Shown piece by piece: positions 48,721-62,997 of a stretch of DNA of 64,000 nucleotides. Source of the stretch: Octopus vulgaris (taxonomy: Eukaryota); the NCBI GenBank assembly GCA_951406725.2, contig OX597831.1, forward strand, positions 67,084,001 through 67,148,000, written 5' to 3'. The position numbers were made by a program, and so were the translations under genes. The notes under the pieces were generated by a model. The model saw nothing but the letters and a program-made list of their open reading frames with translations, was not told where the DNA came from and did not search any database. How positions within the stretch are numbered: the first letter of the stretch is position 1; each line of letters starts with the position of its first letter.

Positions 48721-49156
48721 TATACTAAGGCGGAGTTCTGCTTTACGCACGGCATATAATACCTCATAACTTTTTTTATTCTTAAATTTTTTCTGAAATT
48801 TTTTTTTTCGAATTTGTATTCTACACACGTGAATTCTGAAGGCCATGAAGAAAAAAGGTTTCTAACTTCTTGAAATTTAAAAAAAAAAATTGTCTTAATT
48901 TTTCGAAATTTTTTTAACTCGCAGTTTAAAATACTGCCATCCAAAACTTTTTTTTTTTGCAAAGATAAGAAACAAACAAAAATAAATAAGATTTCTACTA
49001 CAAAGGACATAAAAACAGCTTTGACTATTAGTGTATTATTTACTGTTTGTTGTAGTTGTCTTGCCAGTCATTATCACATAATGAATAATACGGAAATAAT
49101 GAATAATATGTAAATAAAAGAAAATATGAACATTTTACTTAAATATTGGAATTCAT

Positions 49157-49569
49157 GGATCTTTTCGGTTTGAACGGCAGTTTTTTCTAACGGTGTCATA
49201 TGAAATTGTCACCCATAATTATGACCCTTGTATCGATCTATTGCAATTGAATCTGTTTTAGAGTTAGGGGTGGGGGGAAGGGTATTTTATTTTCTTCACA
49301 AATGTAAATAAACCCAATCTGTTTCTTAAACGAGGGACATATTCATACGGCACAGAATGTTTTTTTTTTATCTCAATAGAGATCATTGATTGGTTGAAAT
49401 TGCAGAAATTGAAGAAAAAACAACAAATATCTTACAAACTATAGAATTTTCTCAATAAAGCCAAGAGAAAAAGATGTTTTATAAACACATTCTACCAGTA
49501 TACGAAGTTTAAAATTTTTTAGTTACCTAGAAATTATGTTAAAAACTGCCGTTCAAACCGTAAAGATAC
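49157..49569 (+). mobile_element. MITE family copy flanked by a 29-bp direct repeat
   Basis: gaacattttacttaaatattggaattcat at 49128-49156 and 49570-49598. Confidence 0.92.
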
Positions 49570-50052
49570 GAACATTTTACTTAAATATTGGAATTCATTT
49601 TTTTAAGACAGCAAAGCATGATTTGAAGATGGTTTTACTGTTATTTCTAGTAGCCCGAGCGACAACGTAAGAGCCTCCCTAATTGACTCAGTTCTTGTTG
49701 ATGTGGTAGTGGTGGCGTGTTGAGGGTGGTGACCATAGCAGTTTCTTTAATCTGAACACTCAAAAATAAGAAAGAATGAATTTATTGAGGCGTGAAAAGA
49801 AGGTGTGGCGTGTACGCGTCGGAGTGGGAGGAGTTTGTTTAGGAATATACAATATGCAGCAGGGAAGGCGAAAGAGGAAGGAGCCAAACGAATGTCAGCT
49901 TTTGTAACTCGGCTGATGGAGCCAATCAGGCAGCCTATACACGATCGCTAGGTAGGCTAGAAATAACAGTCAAATCTTCTTCAAATCACAACCCTATTGT
50001 CTATGGAAGGACACGTTGGATATATTTATGGTACATAATAATATTGTACATA

Positions 50053-50220
50053 ATAGGCGTAGGAGCGGCTGTGTGGTAAGTAGCTTGCTTACCAACCACA
50101 TGGTTCCGGGTTCAGTCCCACTGCGTGGCACCTTGGGCAAGTGTCTTCTACTATAGTCTCGGGCCAACCAAAACCTTGTGAGTTGATTTGGTAGACGGAA
50201 ACTGAAAGAAGCCCGTCGTA

Positions 50221-50309
<89 letters not shown>

Positions 50310-50545
50310 CTGTTTGTTTGTGTGTCTGTATGTTTGTGTATCTGTGTTTCTCCCCCCAACATCGCTTGACAACCGATGCTGGTGTGTTTACATCCCTGTA
50401 ACTTAGCGGTTCGGCAAAACAGTCCGATAGAATAAGTACTGGGTTTACAAAGAATAAGTCCTGGGTGTCGATTTGCTCGACTAAAGGCGGTGCTCCAGCA
50501 TGGCCACAGTCAAAATGACTGAAACAAGTAAAGGAGTAAAAGAGT
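50053..50545 (+). mobile_element. SINE family 1, full length
   Basis: Same motifs as the other copies. Confidence 0.9.
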
Positions 50546-50965
50546 ATATAATAAAATAAGGAATGTTGGTGGCTGGACTGACGTTTAATCATAGGTCGGT
50601 TGGATCGGTGCTTAGGGTTAAACAACAACACGGCTGATGAAAAGAGAGAAGGGAGAAAGTGAAAGAAAGTGTTGGTAATAATTGATCAATTAAGGAGAGA
50701 GGTGAAAGTATGAAAAGGAGGAGGAGGAGGAGGAGGAGGAGGAGTGGTCTCAACAGAAACAAAAGGGGGTTGTTGCGCTTTTGTCTATTCGATTGAGTTG
50801 TGGGGAGAGTGGAAAGGAGAGCGGATTATGTTGGACTATGAGAGTGTGAGTGTATGATGGAAAGGAGGCGAGAAAAGGAGGTGGGCCTCGGTGCATCGCA
50901 TCTAGGAAAAAAGGGTGGGATATCAGAGGGTCATGATGGAGGAGAACGAATAGAAAACACTGAAG

Positions 50966-51358
<393 letters not shown>

Positions 51359-51684
51359 AGAGGAAGATGGGACTGGTTTAACGAGAGGGAGTGAGTGTGT
51401 GTATGTGTGAGTGTGAGTGTGTGGGTGGGGATGGGAGGTGTTAGCATTGGTGGTAATGAGCTGAGATGCCAGTTATGACAAAAAGAAAAAAAAACACTAG
51501 TGATGATAAACTGGTACAACTTTAACGTTACCATGACAGCCAGCATCTTCATCATTATCCTCGTTGTTGTCACTGCCCTAACTGTCATCCCAATCATTAT
51601 CATTGGATCAATCACCATCGTCGTCGTCGCCGTCGTCGTCGTTGTCGTCATCACCGTCATCATCTTCACTGCAGCACTAATACC

Positions 51685-52092
51685 TATTTCTTTACTACCC
51701 ACAAGGGGCTAAACGTAGAGGGGGACAAACAAGGACAGACAGACGGATTAAGTCGATTATATCCACCCCAGTGCGTAACTGGTACTTAATTTATCGACCC
51801 CGAAAGGATGAAAGGCAAAGTCGACCTCGGCGGAATTTGAACTCAGAACGTAACGGCAGACGAAATACCTGTTTCTTTACTACCCACAAGGGGCTAAACA
51901 CAGAGGGGACAAAAAAGGACAGACGAACGGATTAAGTCGATTATATCGATCCCAGTGCGTAACTGGTACTTAATTTATCGATCCCGAAAGGATGAAAGGC
52001 AAAGTCGAAATTTGAACTCAGAACGTAGCAGCAGACGAAATACCGCTAAGCATTTCGCCCGGCGTGCTAACGTTTCTGCCAGCTCGCCGCCT
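51685..52092 (-). mobile_element. SINE family 2, tandem dimer
   Basis: One head with two central domains and tails. Confidence 0.88.
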
Positions 52093-52458
52093 TACTAATA
52101 CCACCGCTGCAACACCACTACACTCAAGGAGGCAGTCTCTATGTTAGCTACTGGATATGCTAGAAATAACAAATGAATCTCCCTCAAACGCACGGACGCG
52201 TTTAAATAACGTAGTCCTAGAATTTCCCTAAAACGACGAATGGATAAGACGAGAAAATCCTTTATCGTACACTTTATTGGATCGTTTAGAACTGAAAACC
52301 TCAACAACGACGGTAACAACAACAACAACATCAAAGACAACAACGGAATTAACAACAATAACAAAAATAAATTCAATAGCGCCGACAGTAACAACTACAA
52401 GAAGAAACTTAACTGATGTCGTTTCATTAGTGGAGAGACATATTCAAGTCTCAACACC

Positions 52459-53136
52459 AGGCAATTAGGATTTCATCACTTCAGCTCAATAAGCAATTTC
52501 GTAAAGCATGCAGTATGTATGTATGTATGTATGCATGTATGTATGTATGTATGTATGTATGTATGTATGTATGTATGTATGTATGTATGTATGTATGTAT
52601 GTATGTATGTATGTATGTGTGTATGGATATATGTATGTATGTGTGTGTGTATGTATGTGTGTGTGTATGTATGTATGTATGTATGTTTGTATGTATGTAT
52701 GTATGTGTGTATGGATATATGTATGTATGTGTGTGTGTATGTATGTGTGTGTGTATGTATGTATGTATGTTGTGTGTATTTATGTGTATGTGTATGTATG
52801 TATGTATGCATATGTATATGTATATACATATATATGTATGTATACATATATACATACATACATACATACATCCATCCATCCATACATCCATCCATCCATA
52901 CATACATACAAACATACATACATACAAACATACATACATACAAACATACATACATACATACAAACATACATACATACAAACATACATACATACATACAAA
53001 CATACATACATACATACATACATACATACATACATACATACATACATACATACATACATACATACATACATACAATACATACTGCATGCTTTACAAAATT
53101 GCTTATCGAGCTGAAGTGATGAAATCCTAATTGCCT
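52459..53136. repeat. Foldback: ~60-bp unique inverted arms extended inward by (TATG)n / (CATA)n
   Basis: aggcaattaggatttcatcacttcagctc...gagctgaagtgatgaaatcctaattgcct. Confidence 0.85.
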
Positions 53137-53457
53137 AGTGTGTATATATATATACATGCGTATATATATGCACAAATTTATGTATAGATATATACATACA
53201 TACGTATATATGTGTGTGTGTGTGTTTGTATGTGTGATATCTATTTCTTGAATTTAATTTAGTTTAACTTAATTTATTTACCTATTCATATAACACCGAT
53301 GGTAGTAGCAGACCGCAAGGGATACTAGGTTTAAGAATAAACATCATATAGTCACATTCCTTGAGAGTGACTTGGTCAGCCTTTGAACTTCTCAGCCGGT
53401 TTTCTTACATACTGCATTATATTCAATGGTGATTTCATTTATGTGTACGTAAGTATG

Positions 53458-53874
53458 GGATCTTTTCGGTTTGAACGGCAGCTTTTAACATAATTTCTAG
53501 GTAACTAAAAAATTTTAAACTTCGTATACTGGTAGAATGTGTTTATAAAAACATCTTTTTCTCTTGGCTTTATTGAGAAAATTCTATGGTTTGTAAGATA
53601 TTTGTTGTTTTTTTTCTTCAATTTCTGAAATTTCAACCAATCAATGACGTCTATTGAGTTAAAAAGCATTCTCTGCCGTATGAATATGTCCCTCGATTAA
53701 GAAACAGATTGGGTTTATTTACATTTGTGAAGAAAAAAAGATATCCTTCCCTAACCCTAACCCTAACCCTAAAACAGATTGAAATGCAATAGATCGATAC
53801 TAGGGTCATAATTATGGGTGACAATTTCATATGACACCGCTAGAAAAAAACTGCCGTTCAAACTGAAAAGATCC
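53458..53874 (-). mobile_element. TTAGGG-bearing MITE
   Basis: TIRs present. Flanks taagtatg/caagtatg. Confidence 0.9.
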
Positions 53875-54527
53875 CAAGTATGTTTAGCGAGGTGGTAAAA
53901 GGTGCATGTGGCTAAGGCCCTGGTAATATTATAATCTTCTGATAAAGAACTTCAAGAGATACGAAGACAAAAACTGCTACATTTATTTCGCCGCTAATAG
54001 AAGATACAGCAAATTGCTATAACGTGAATAATGCTGTTATTTAAAATACATTGATCCTTCGTGCTTCTCGGAGATAAAGAAGTACGCAGGAAAAACACGA
54101 AACATGGTGACAGGAATGTCTGCTGACAATTCTCTCCTTACTGGTAATGCATAGCGGAATAAAACTGCTCTCATGCCGATGATCCGAACTCTACCGTGAA
54201 GACTCACCTCACTGAGGAAACAGGGGGAAAGGCTTCCCCTAGTTAGCTGATGGTGACGCGCCTGGCTAGTGTGTCACGTGATGAAAGTGGACAGCCCGCG
54301 TAAAGCTAGGACTAGACCATCACGTAAAGCGATCCAAAATGTGGGGGTACCTAAAGGTAAAAGCCGAAATGTGGGTGCCAAAAGGCAAAGAGCCAAACTA
54401 TGAATGTGCTTCTGCTACATATGCATGAATTTTCCTAATTTGTTTATTTATGTATTTATTTAATGAACGGCATAACGGGCAAACTATTTGGAAAATTGAT
54501 TTATCGACGTGATATTGTAATCACCAG

Positions 54528-54530
<3 letters not shown>

Positions 54531-54618
<88 letters not shown>

Positions 54619-54978
54619 AATTATTGTATACAGTGCTCAGGTGCACCACAACTTGTCAAAAAGTGCGCATAAAGTATATGCAGTAATGTACAAATGTCTG
54701 GAAAGCGAACAGTGTATGAGTCAGATACATGCTTGAGTGTGTATGGAGGGGAGAAAATCAGGTGTAGTGTTGGCGAATCTCAGGAAGCATGGAAGTTTTG
54801 AAGGATGCAGTGCTCCGACAACTAACAACTGATGCCGGCAGTTTGTTCCATGCTTCAGCAACTCTTAGCGTGAAAAAATGTTTCCGGAAGTCATGGGAGC
54901 TGTGCTGTTTTCTGACTTTGTAAACATGTCCATGGGTGTTAGACAGGTGGAGTTTGAAAACGTGCTCAGAGTTATTGT
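54531..54978 (-). mobile_element. CR1-type LINE 3' end with (ATT)n tail
   Basis: Minus-strand translation SNTHGHVYKVRKQHSSHDFRKHFFTLRVAEAWNKLPASVVSCRSTASFK. (TAA)n at 54531-54615. Confidence 0.85.
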
Positions 54979-55159
54979 TATATAAATTTATACCACCACG
55001 ATTTATAACTAGTTTGGTAAGTTCTAATGCACAAAACTCTCGGACCTTTAGTCTCCTTGTTGCTTCAGCTAAATATTAATAAGAATATACGTATACTCTC
55101 ATGCATTGAGTTGTATTTTCCTGTTTTCCGTCGAGGTCGACTTTGCTTTTCATCCTTAC

Positions 55160-55485
55160 GATGGGCAAGTGTCTTCGACTATAGCCTCAGGCCGACCAAA
55201 GCCTTGTGAGTAGACGGAAACAGAAAGAAGCTCGTCGAATATATATATGCATATATATTCATGTGTGTGTGTATATTTGTGTCTGTGTTTGTCCCCCATC
55301 ACCGCTTGACAACCAATGTTGATGTGTTTGTGTCCCCGTAATATAGCGGTTCGGTAAAAGAGACCGATAGAATAAGCACCAGTTAAAAAAACAAAGTAGT
55401 GGGGTCGATTCATTCGACTAAAAATTCAAGGTTGTACCCCAGCATGGCCGCAGTTTAGTAACTGAAAGAAGTCAAAGAATAAAAG
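55160..55485 (+). mobile_element. SINE family 1, diverged
   Basis: Same motifs. Tail hairpin cagtt-tagt-aactg. Confidence 0.75.
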
Positions 55486-55486
55486 T

Positions 55487-55518
<32 letters not shown>

Positions 55519-55522
55519 CATA

Positions 55523-56790
55523 TCAGGTTGAGTAAAAAGTAAGCAGCGTTTTGAACCATGACCCATGAACAATGCAGTATTAAGCATTTTTTAAAAATAT
55601 TTTTTGCAATTGTCTGATAATACAGACATAGATTTGCCAAAACGCATCAATAAATTAACATTGATATTTTTTTCGCTGTTGTTACAATCATCTGAAATTG
55701 AACTTTCAAGGCGCAATATTCGAGCAATTTTGTCATTCAACTTAAAAAAAAGGACGTAAAGCTGATGAAACTGCTCGCGATATCAACGAAACGTTTGGTG
55801 AGGAAATGACCAGTGAGTGGTCAGCTTGAAAATGCTTTAAACGATTTTGCAGTGGAGACCTGAACCTTGAAGATCGTGGGCGTAGTGGACACCCGGCTGT
55901 CATCGATGACGGTCAATTAAAGACCATCATTGAGAAAGATGCACGTAAAACCACTCAAGAACTGGCAAACGAACTTCAAGTGATCCAGAAAACTGCTTGC
56001 AACTTTTTGCATGCAATCAGAAAATCAAAAAAGCTCGACAAATGGGTACCACCTGATTTGAATGAAAATCAGAAAATGCGCAGATATGAAATTTGTTCGT
56101 CGCTTCTTCTCCATAACCAGACCGGTCCATTTTTCGCCCGTATTGTAACTTGCGAGGTAAAATGGATTCTGTATAATAATAAAAAAAACAAACATTCTTC
56201 ACAGCGGTTGGATCGAAATGAAGCACCAAAAACATTTCTTAAGCCCGAGCTATTCAAAAAGGTTATAGTGACTGTTTGGTGGTGTACTGCTGGACTTCTT
56301 TAGAACCCGGAAAAACCATTACTGCAGAAACATATTGCCATGAAATTGCCAAAATATATGAAAAACTGTTACTCCTCTATCCCAGACTCGTCAACAGAAG
56401 AGGGCCAATCGTTCTTCATGACAATGCTCAACCACACGTTTCACCAATTATGCTCCAGAAGTTGAAGGAACTTGGCTACGAGGTTCTTCCCCACCCAGCT
56501 TCTTCCCCAGACCTTTCTCCTATCGATTACCACTTCTTCAAGTACCGTGATGGTTTCCTGCGAGAGAAGGAGCTAAAAAATCAAACCGATGTTGAAAGGG
56601 CGTTCAAAGAGTTCATCAGCTTCAGAACTCCATATTTGTATGTAACCGGAATAAACAAACTTGCAACTCGTTAACAAAAATGTGTTGATTGTAATGGTAC
56701 TTACTTTGATGAATAAAATTTCCACATTGTTGAAATATATTGTGATGAATTTCATGTTTCAAAACGTTGCTTACTTTTTACTCAGCCTGA
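55523..56790 (+). mobile_element. Mariner (second family), full length, transposase disrupted
   Basis: TIRs tcaggttgagtaaaaagtaagcagcgttttgaa / ttcaaaacgttgcttactttttactcagcctga with TA TSD. Motifs WVPPDL, VTCE, LHDNAQPH and SSPDLSPIDY. Confidence 0.95.
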
Positions 56791-57004
56791 TATATCTTTT
56801 AGGCGTAGTTATGTGGTAAAAAGTTTGCTTCCCAACTACATAGTTCTGGGTTCAATTTCCCTGCGTGGTACCTTCGAGAAGTCTATTAGGCGTGGCCATG
56901 TGGTAAGTAGTTTGCTTTCCAACTACATAGTTCTGGGTTCAGTTTCACTGCGTGGCACCTTGGGGAAGTCTCTTCTTTTAAAACCCCGGGTCACACACAC
57001 TCAC

Positions 57005-57083
<79 letters not shown>

Positions 57084-57142
57084 GACACACACACACACAT
57101 ATATATATATATATGCATATATACATACTTGCATATATATAT

Positions 57143-57193
57143 TTTGTCAGTGAACAGGACGCGGTCTCAAAGCGACGAAAATATTTTGGCAAA
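57143..57193 (+). ncRNA. G3-C8 hammerhead in a solo pLTR fragment (57142-57270) related to PLE Y
   Basis: tttgtca GTGAACA g gacgc ggtctcaaa gcgac GAAA atat TT tggcaaa. The downstream aatggcttataaacacc..cacgctgcaattgtt matches 22517-22552 reversed. Confidence 0.72.
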
Positions 57194-57284
57194 TTAAATT
57201 TAAATGTTGAATCTAACTGTATTTGTGTGTTTTTGAATGGCTTATAAACACCTTCCACGCTGCAATTGTTTATATATATAAATT

Positions 57285-57555
57285 CATTTATTCTTTTACT
57301 TATTTCAGTCATGTGACTGCGGCCATGCTGGAGCACCGCCTTGAAGGGTTTTAGTCGAACAAATCAATCCCAGGACTTTTTCTTAAACCTAGTACATATC
57401 TTAAACCTAGTACACTAAGTTACGGGGACGTAAACATACTAACGCCGGTTGTCAAGCAGCTGTGGGTGGACAAACACAGAAACAAAGACACACACACACG
57501 CACAAACACGCAAGCATACATACATACATACATACATACATACATACATACATAC

Positions 57556-57603
<48 letters not shown>

Positions 57604-57770
57604 CACGACGGGCTTCTTTCACTTTCTGTCTGCCAAATCTACTCACAAGGCTTTGGTTGTCCCTAGGTTATAGTAGAAGACACTTTCTCAAGGTTCTACG
57701 CAGTGGGACTGAACCTGGAACCACGTGGTTAGGAAAGAAGCTTCTTTCCTCACAGTCACGCCTGCGCCTA
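57285..57770 (-). mobile_element. SINE family 1
   Basis: Same motifs as the other copies. Confidence 0.85.
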
Positions 57771-57872
57771 TATATAGTTATATTTGGGGATAATCCTTAT
57801 TTGCCAAGTATAACAATATCTGTTTCATCACATCTTCACGTCAAGAATCTTGCAAAATAAATACATAAACGT

Positions 57873-57929
<57 letters not shown>

Positions 57930-58152
57930 ATGTTGACGTGAAGAATCTCTTGTTTTGTTGTTGTTATTATCAAGCAGACCTATGACCAAAACATACCAGT
58001 CATGACCATCTCATCTGAATTTCAGATAACTTCTAGGTCTACATTATCAGCTGTGTCTGTTCTTTTTAAAATGATAAAGAGAACTTCGGCTGCTGTAAGC
58101 TAAGTGACCGCCTAAAGGCTCTCTTGTTGCTTCATATAGAGTCTCAGGGTTT

Positions 58153-58569
58153 GGATCTTTTCGGTTTGAACGGCAGTTTTTAACATAATTTCTAGGTAAC
58201 TAAACACTTTTAAACTTCGTATACTGGTAGAATGTGTTTATAAAACATCTTTTTCTCTTGGCCTTATTGAGAAAATTCTATAGTTTGTAAGATATTTGTT
58301 GTTTTTTTCCTTAAATTTCTGCAATTTCAACCAATCACTGACGTCCATTGAGGTAAACAACATTCTGTGCCGTATGAATATGTCCCTCGTTTAAGAAACA
58401 GATTGGGTTTATTTACATTTGTGAAGAAAAAAAGATACCCTTACCCCCACCCCTAACCCTAACCCTAAAACAGATTGAAATGCAATAGATCGATACTAGG
58501 GTCATAATTATGGGTGACAATTTCATATGACACCTCTAGAAAAAACTGCCGTTCAAACCGAAAAGATCC
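58153..58569 (-). mobile_element. TTAGGG-bearing MITE with 8-bp TSD
   Basis: TSD cagggttt. Confidence 0.92.
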
Positions 58570-58929
58570 CAGGGTTTTATATGAAACGAATTAATTCTAT
58601 TCAATCTGACATTAGCTATTGTGAAATTGTAAAAATACTAATATAACTATAAGAATCGGCAGGTGGCTATGTTCCACCCCTGTCTGCTTCTGCCAGCTAC
58701 ACAGAAAACAAATTAGTAAAAGAAAAAGATGAAAAAACTGAAAATTCTTGTTCTTTCAATTGTAATGAAAGTGTTTAATGGCGATATGTTAAAGCTGGGG
58801 CACCAAAATAGCACTGTAGTCTGAAGGTTTTGTACAGTCTGAAAATTTTCTTATAGCCGTAAGTTTTAATGCCGTCATTTTGTAAAAATGTTCGACTCTG
58901 CCGAGATTTTTAAAGCGATTTTAAATATA

Positions 58930-59404
58930 TTTACTCTTTTACTCGTTTACTCTTTTACTTGTTTCAGTCATTTGACTGCGGCCATGCTGGAGCACCACCT
59001 TTAGTCGAGCAAATCGACCCCAGGTCTTATTCTTTGTAAGCCTAGTACTTATTCTATCGGTCTCTTTTGCCGAACTGCTAAGTTACGGGGACGCAACCAG
59101 CATCGGTTGTCAAGCGATGTTGGGGGGGACAAACACGGACATACAAACACACACACGCATATATATATACACATACATATATAACACACACGCATATATA
59201 TACACAAATATATAACACACACACGCATATATATACACATACATATATACGACAGGCTTCTTTCAGTTTCCGTCTACCAAATCCACTCACAAGGTTTTGT
59301 TCGGCCCGAGGCTACACTTGCCCAAGGTGCCACGCAGTGGAACTGAAACCGGAACCATGTGGTTGGTAAGCAAGCTACTTACCACACAGCCACTCCTGCG
59401 CCTA
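58930..59404 (-). mobile_element. SINE family 1
   Basis: Same motifs as the other copies. Confidence 0.88.
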
Positions 59405-59916
59405 TTTGGATGGATTCTATTGCAAAAGTTACCAAAATTACGATCAAGACCAGTCTGACTGTGAAATATTTTAGTCTGGTTCCGTTTCAGATTAACTTAT
59501 TTCCCCAGTGACCTAGTGATCGGCATTTAATCTTTGATGCTTTTGCTTCTCAGTGTCATTTTACTAGGCTTGTTAGGTGGTCTCGACAGCTGCATCGAAC
59601 TGCTAAGGACTTTGTTGTCTCAGAATTTATAAAGAAAATAAAAAAAAAAAAAAAAGAAAATTGGCATCGGTTTTGGGGTCAAAGGTTTATTTTCGTGGTC
59701 ACGTTCAAAATCATTCTGATTACTTTTTCGTTTTGGTTATGGTGGTGATGGAGCAGCTTTCCGATCTTCATAGTTACTTGAGTGTTTTACTGATATGGAA
59801 GGATAAACGGGGTTATTTTTTGAGGATTTGAAATTATATTTCTACCCGAATAGAGAAAAGACTGTACCAATGGTAAAGTAAGAAATTAAATTTATTGATC
59901 TATAAATATGAATACT

Positions 59917-60047
59917 ATGGTTCCGGGTTCAGTCCCACTGCGTGGAACCTAGGGAAAGTGTCTTCTACTATAGCCTCGGGCCGACCAAAGCCTTGTGAGT
60001 GGATTTGGCAGACGGAAACTGAAAGAAGCCCATCGTATATATGTATA

Positions 60048-60105
<58 letters not shown>

Positions 60106-60297
60106 CGTGCGTGTGTGTGTTTGTATGTCTGACAACCGATGCTGGTGTGTTTACGTCCCCGTAACTTAGCGGTTCGGCAAAAGAGACCGATAGAATAAGT
60201 ACTAGGCTTACAAAGAATAAGTCCTGGGGTCGATTTGCTCGACTAAAGGCGGTGCTCCAGCATGGTCGCAGTCAAATGACTGAAACAAGTAAAAGAG
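59917..60297 (+). mobile_element. SINE family 1, 5'-truncated
   Basis: Same motifs as the other copies. Confidence 0.88.
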
Positions 60298-60598
60298 TTT
60301 AATTAAAGTGATAAAGTGGAATATAGCTGTGCGGAGATTTTTGGTTCTGCTTGGAGTACGTTCTTGGACATACTTTGGCAGGTTGTTAATCTGTAAGGGA
60401 TGAAGCAAGTATGTTTATCAGGCTATAAAAGGAAAATATGAGAGGACAATGCTTATATACAGAAATTTAGGAGAAGAGGAGCAGCTGTCATTTAGTTTAC
60501 TCTGGAGAGTCGATGGATTTGTAATTTTAAAATGATCAGCTGGGAAGCTTAGTTATTCAAGCAAAGTTTTTAGATATATTTAAAAAAATAGATGAAAG

Positions 60599-61017
60599 GG
60601 ATCTTTTCGGTTTGAACCGCAGTTTTTTCTAGCGGTGTCATATGAAATTGTCACCCGTAATTATGACCCTAGTATCGATCTATTGCATTTCTATCTGTTT
60701 TAGGGTTAGGGTTAGGGGTGGGGGTAAGGGTATCTTTTTTTCTTCACAAATGTAAATAAACCCAATCTGTTTCTTAAACGAGGGACATATTCATACGGCA
60801 CAGAATGCTTTTTAACTCAATAGACGTCAGCGACTGGTTGAAATTGCAGAAATTGAAGAAAAAAACAACAACAAATATCTTACAAACTATAGAATTTTCT
60901 CAATAAAGCCAAGAGAAAAAGATGTTTTATAAACACATTCTACCAGTATACGAAGTTTAAAAGTGTTTAGTTATTTAGAAATTACGTTAAAAACTGCCGT
61001 TCAAACCGAAAAGATCC
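60599..61017 (+). mobile_element. TTAGGG-bearing MITE with 8-bp TSD
   Basis: TSD gatgaaag. Confidence 0.92.
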
Positions 61018-61234
61018 GATGAAAGGCGAATGCTGGTAGGTTTCTTACGTTACAGTAAACAACAGCAAAGCAAGCGTCCATTGTTGCCTTCGTTTCGGCC
61101 ATGAATACTCTTGAACGCTTAAAACTTCTCACGTTTCATATATGCCACGAGCTGTTAAAACGAATATCCTTTATCGGACTATTAACCTCATCTTTTGCAA
61201 ATGAAACATTCTTTAATATTTACATTTACATAAA

Positions 61235-61420
61235 GCAGCTGGCAGAATCGTTAGCGGCATTTCATTGGTCTTCATGTTCTGAGTTCAAATTCTGCAGAGG
61301 TCGACTTTGCTTTTCATCCTTTCGGGGTCGATAAGATAACTATCAATTTTGCACTGAGGTCGATATAATCGACTTACTCACTCATCCGAATTTGCTGGCC
61401 TTGTGCCAAAAATTGAAACC
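61235..61420 (+). mobile_element. SINE family 2, diverged
   Basis: Head and central domain present. Confidence 0.7.
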
Positions 61421-61989
61421 AATATTTACATCTACAGATCAGTCTGATCTTTGATCATCATCTGGTGTCTTATTCTTGGACATGTACTTGGTACTGGATT
61501 GGATTCGAAATGGGAACCCTTATTTCTAAACATATCTTATGCACAAGGTTTCTGTAATTTAAATTGATCACTAGAGAAGCTCGATCATTCAAGATATTAA
61601 TACTGATATTTTTTTTCATACAGAGGCGCAAGATTTCAAATATAGGGATTTTATCAAATGGTCGATTGTACCGATTCTGTATACTGTTATGATATTTTCT
61701 TTTAGCGACTCAGAAAGATGAAATGTTAAGTCGATATCGGTAGGAATTGAACTCAGAACCAAATACCGGAAGGCATTTTGTCCGACTCTCTACCGATCCT
61801 GTCGTAAATACTGAAACATTTTAAAGCTCATTACTATCTTTAGTTAAGAAATATAGGTCTGATACTAAGTACACACGCCTAGGAATAAAACATCTGATGA
61901 TGATAGGAATAATTAATAGGAGTATTACACAACATTAGGATAATTAGAAATATAAGTCAAATTTTTGGTGTGTGGAAAGAATTTAATAT

Positions 61990-62142
61990 CTGTTTCTTTA
62001 TTGCCCACAAGGGGCTAAACATAGAGGGGACAAACAAGGACAAACAAACGGATTAAGTCGATTACATCGACCCCAGTGCGTAACTGGTACTTAATTTATC
62101 GACCCCGAAAGGATGAAAGGCAAAGTCGACCTCGACGGAATT
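61990..62142 (-). mobile_element. SINE family 2, 5'-truncated
   Basis: Central domain and tail, flanked by a gaatttaatatctg duplication. Confidence 0.82.
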
Positions 62143-62602
62143 TAATATCTGAAATGCTGAAGGTTGGCTGAGCATAACTTAATAAGAAAAACAAAAAAGG
62201 TCTAGGGAGAATAAGATCCGAAGGAAGAAATGCAGCCCAAATATATGTATAAAGACTATAGCTGAGACAATCGGAATGACTGAAGGAGAAAGGGTAGATG
62301 CATCAAGCTGGTTTAGATGGACGTTGCATATATTCAGCATGTTCGGGGTAGTGAGCTGTTGCTTAATCAAAAGTAAACCCGAATAGAATAGTGGGATCTA
62401 TGATCAATGGATATTTCAGCCATGGTTATACCGTCTTTTCTTTTCGAACTGTTTAGTCTAGATAACCTTATCCGATGTACCTTTCTATAAGACAATAAGA
62501 GTATAGTTTTGAGAGAAGTTATATTGCTATTTTAGCAGTTAAGAAATAGTTTCCCTGATTGGCTCGTAACGATGTGAAGAGTCAAGTGTAGTAAATTGTT
62601 TG

Positions 62603-62997
62603 GGATCTTTTCGGTTTGAACGGCAGTTTTTTCTAGCGGTGTCATATGAAATTGTCACCCATAATTATGACCCTAGTATCGATCTATTGCATTTCAGTGT
62701 TTTAGGGATAGGGTTAGGGTTAGGGAAGGGTATCTTTTTTTCTTCACAAATGTAAATAAACCCAATCTGTTTCTTAAACGAGGGACATATTCATCAATGG
62801 ACGGCAGTGATTGGTTGAAATTGCTGAAATTGAAGAAAAAAAACAAAACAACAAATATCTTACAAACTATAGAATTTTCTCAATAAAGCCAAGAGAAAAA
62901 GATGTTTTATAAACACATTCTATTAGTATACGAAGTTTAAAAGTGTTTAGTTACGTGGAAATTATTTTAAAAACTGCCGTTCAAACCGAAAAGATCC
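62603..62997 (+). mobile_element. TTAGGG-bearing MITE with 9-bp TSD
   Basis: TSD aattgtttg at 62594-62602 and 62998-63006. Confidence 0.9.
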
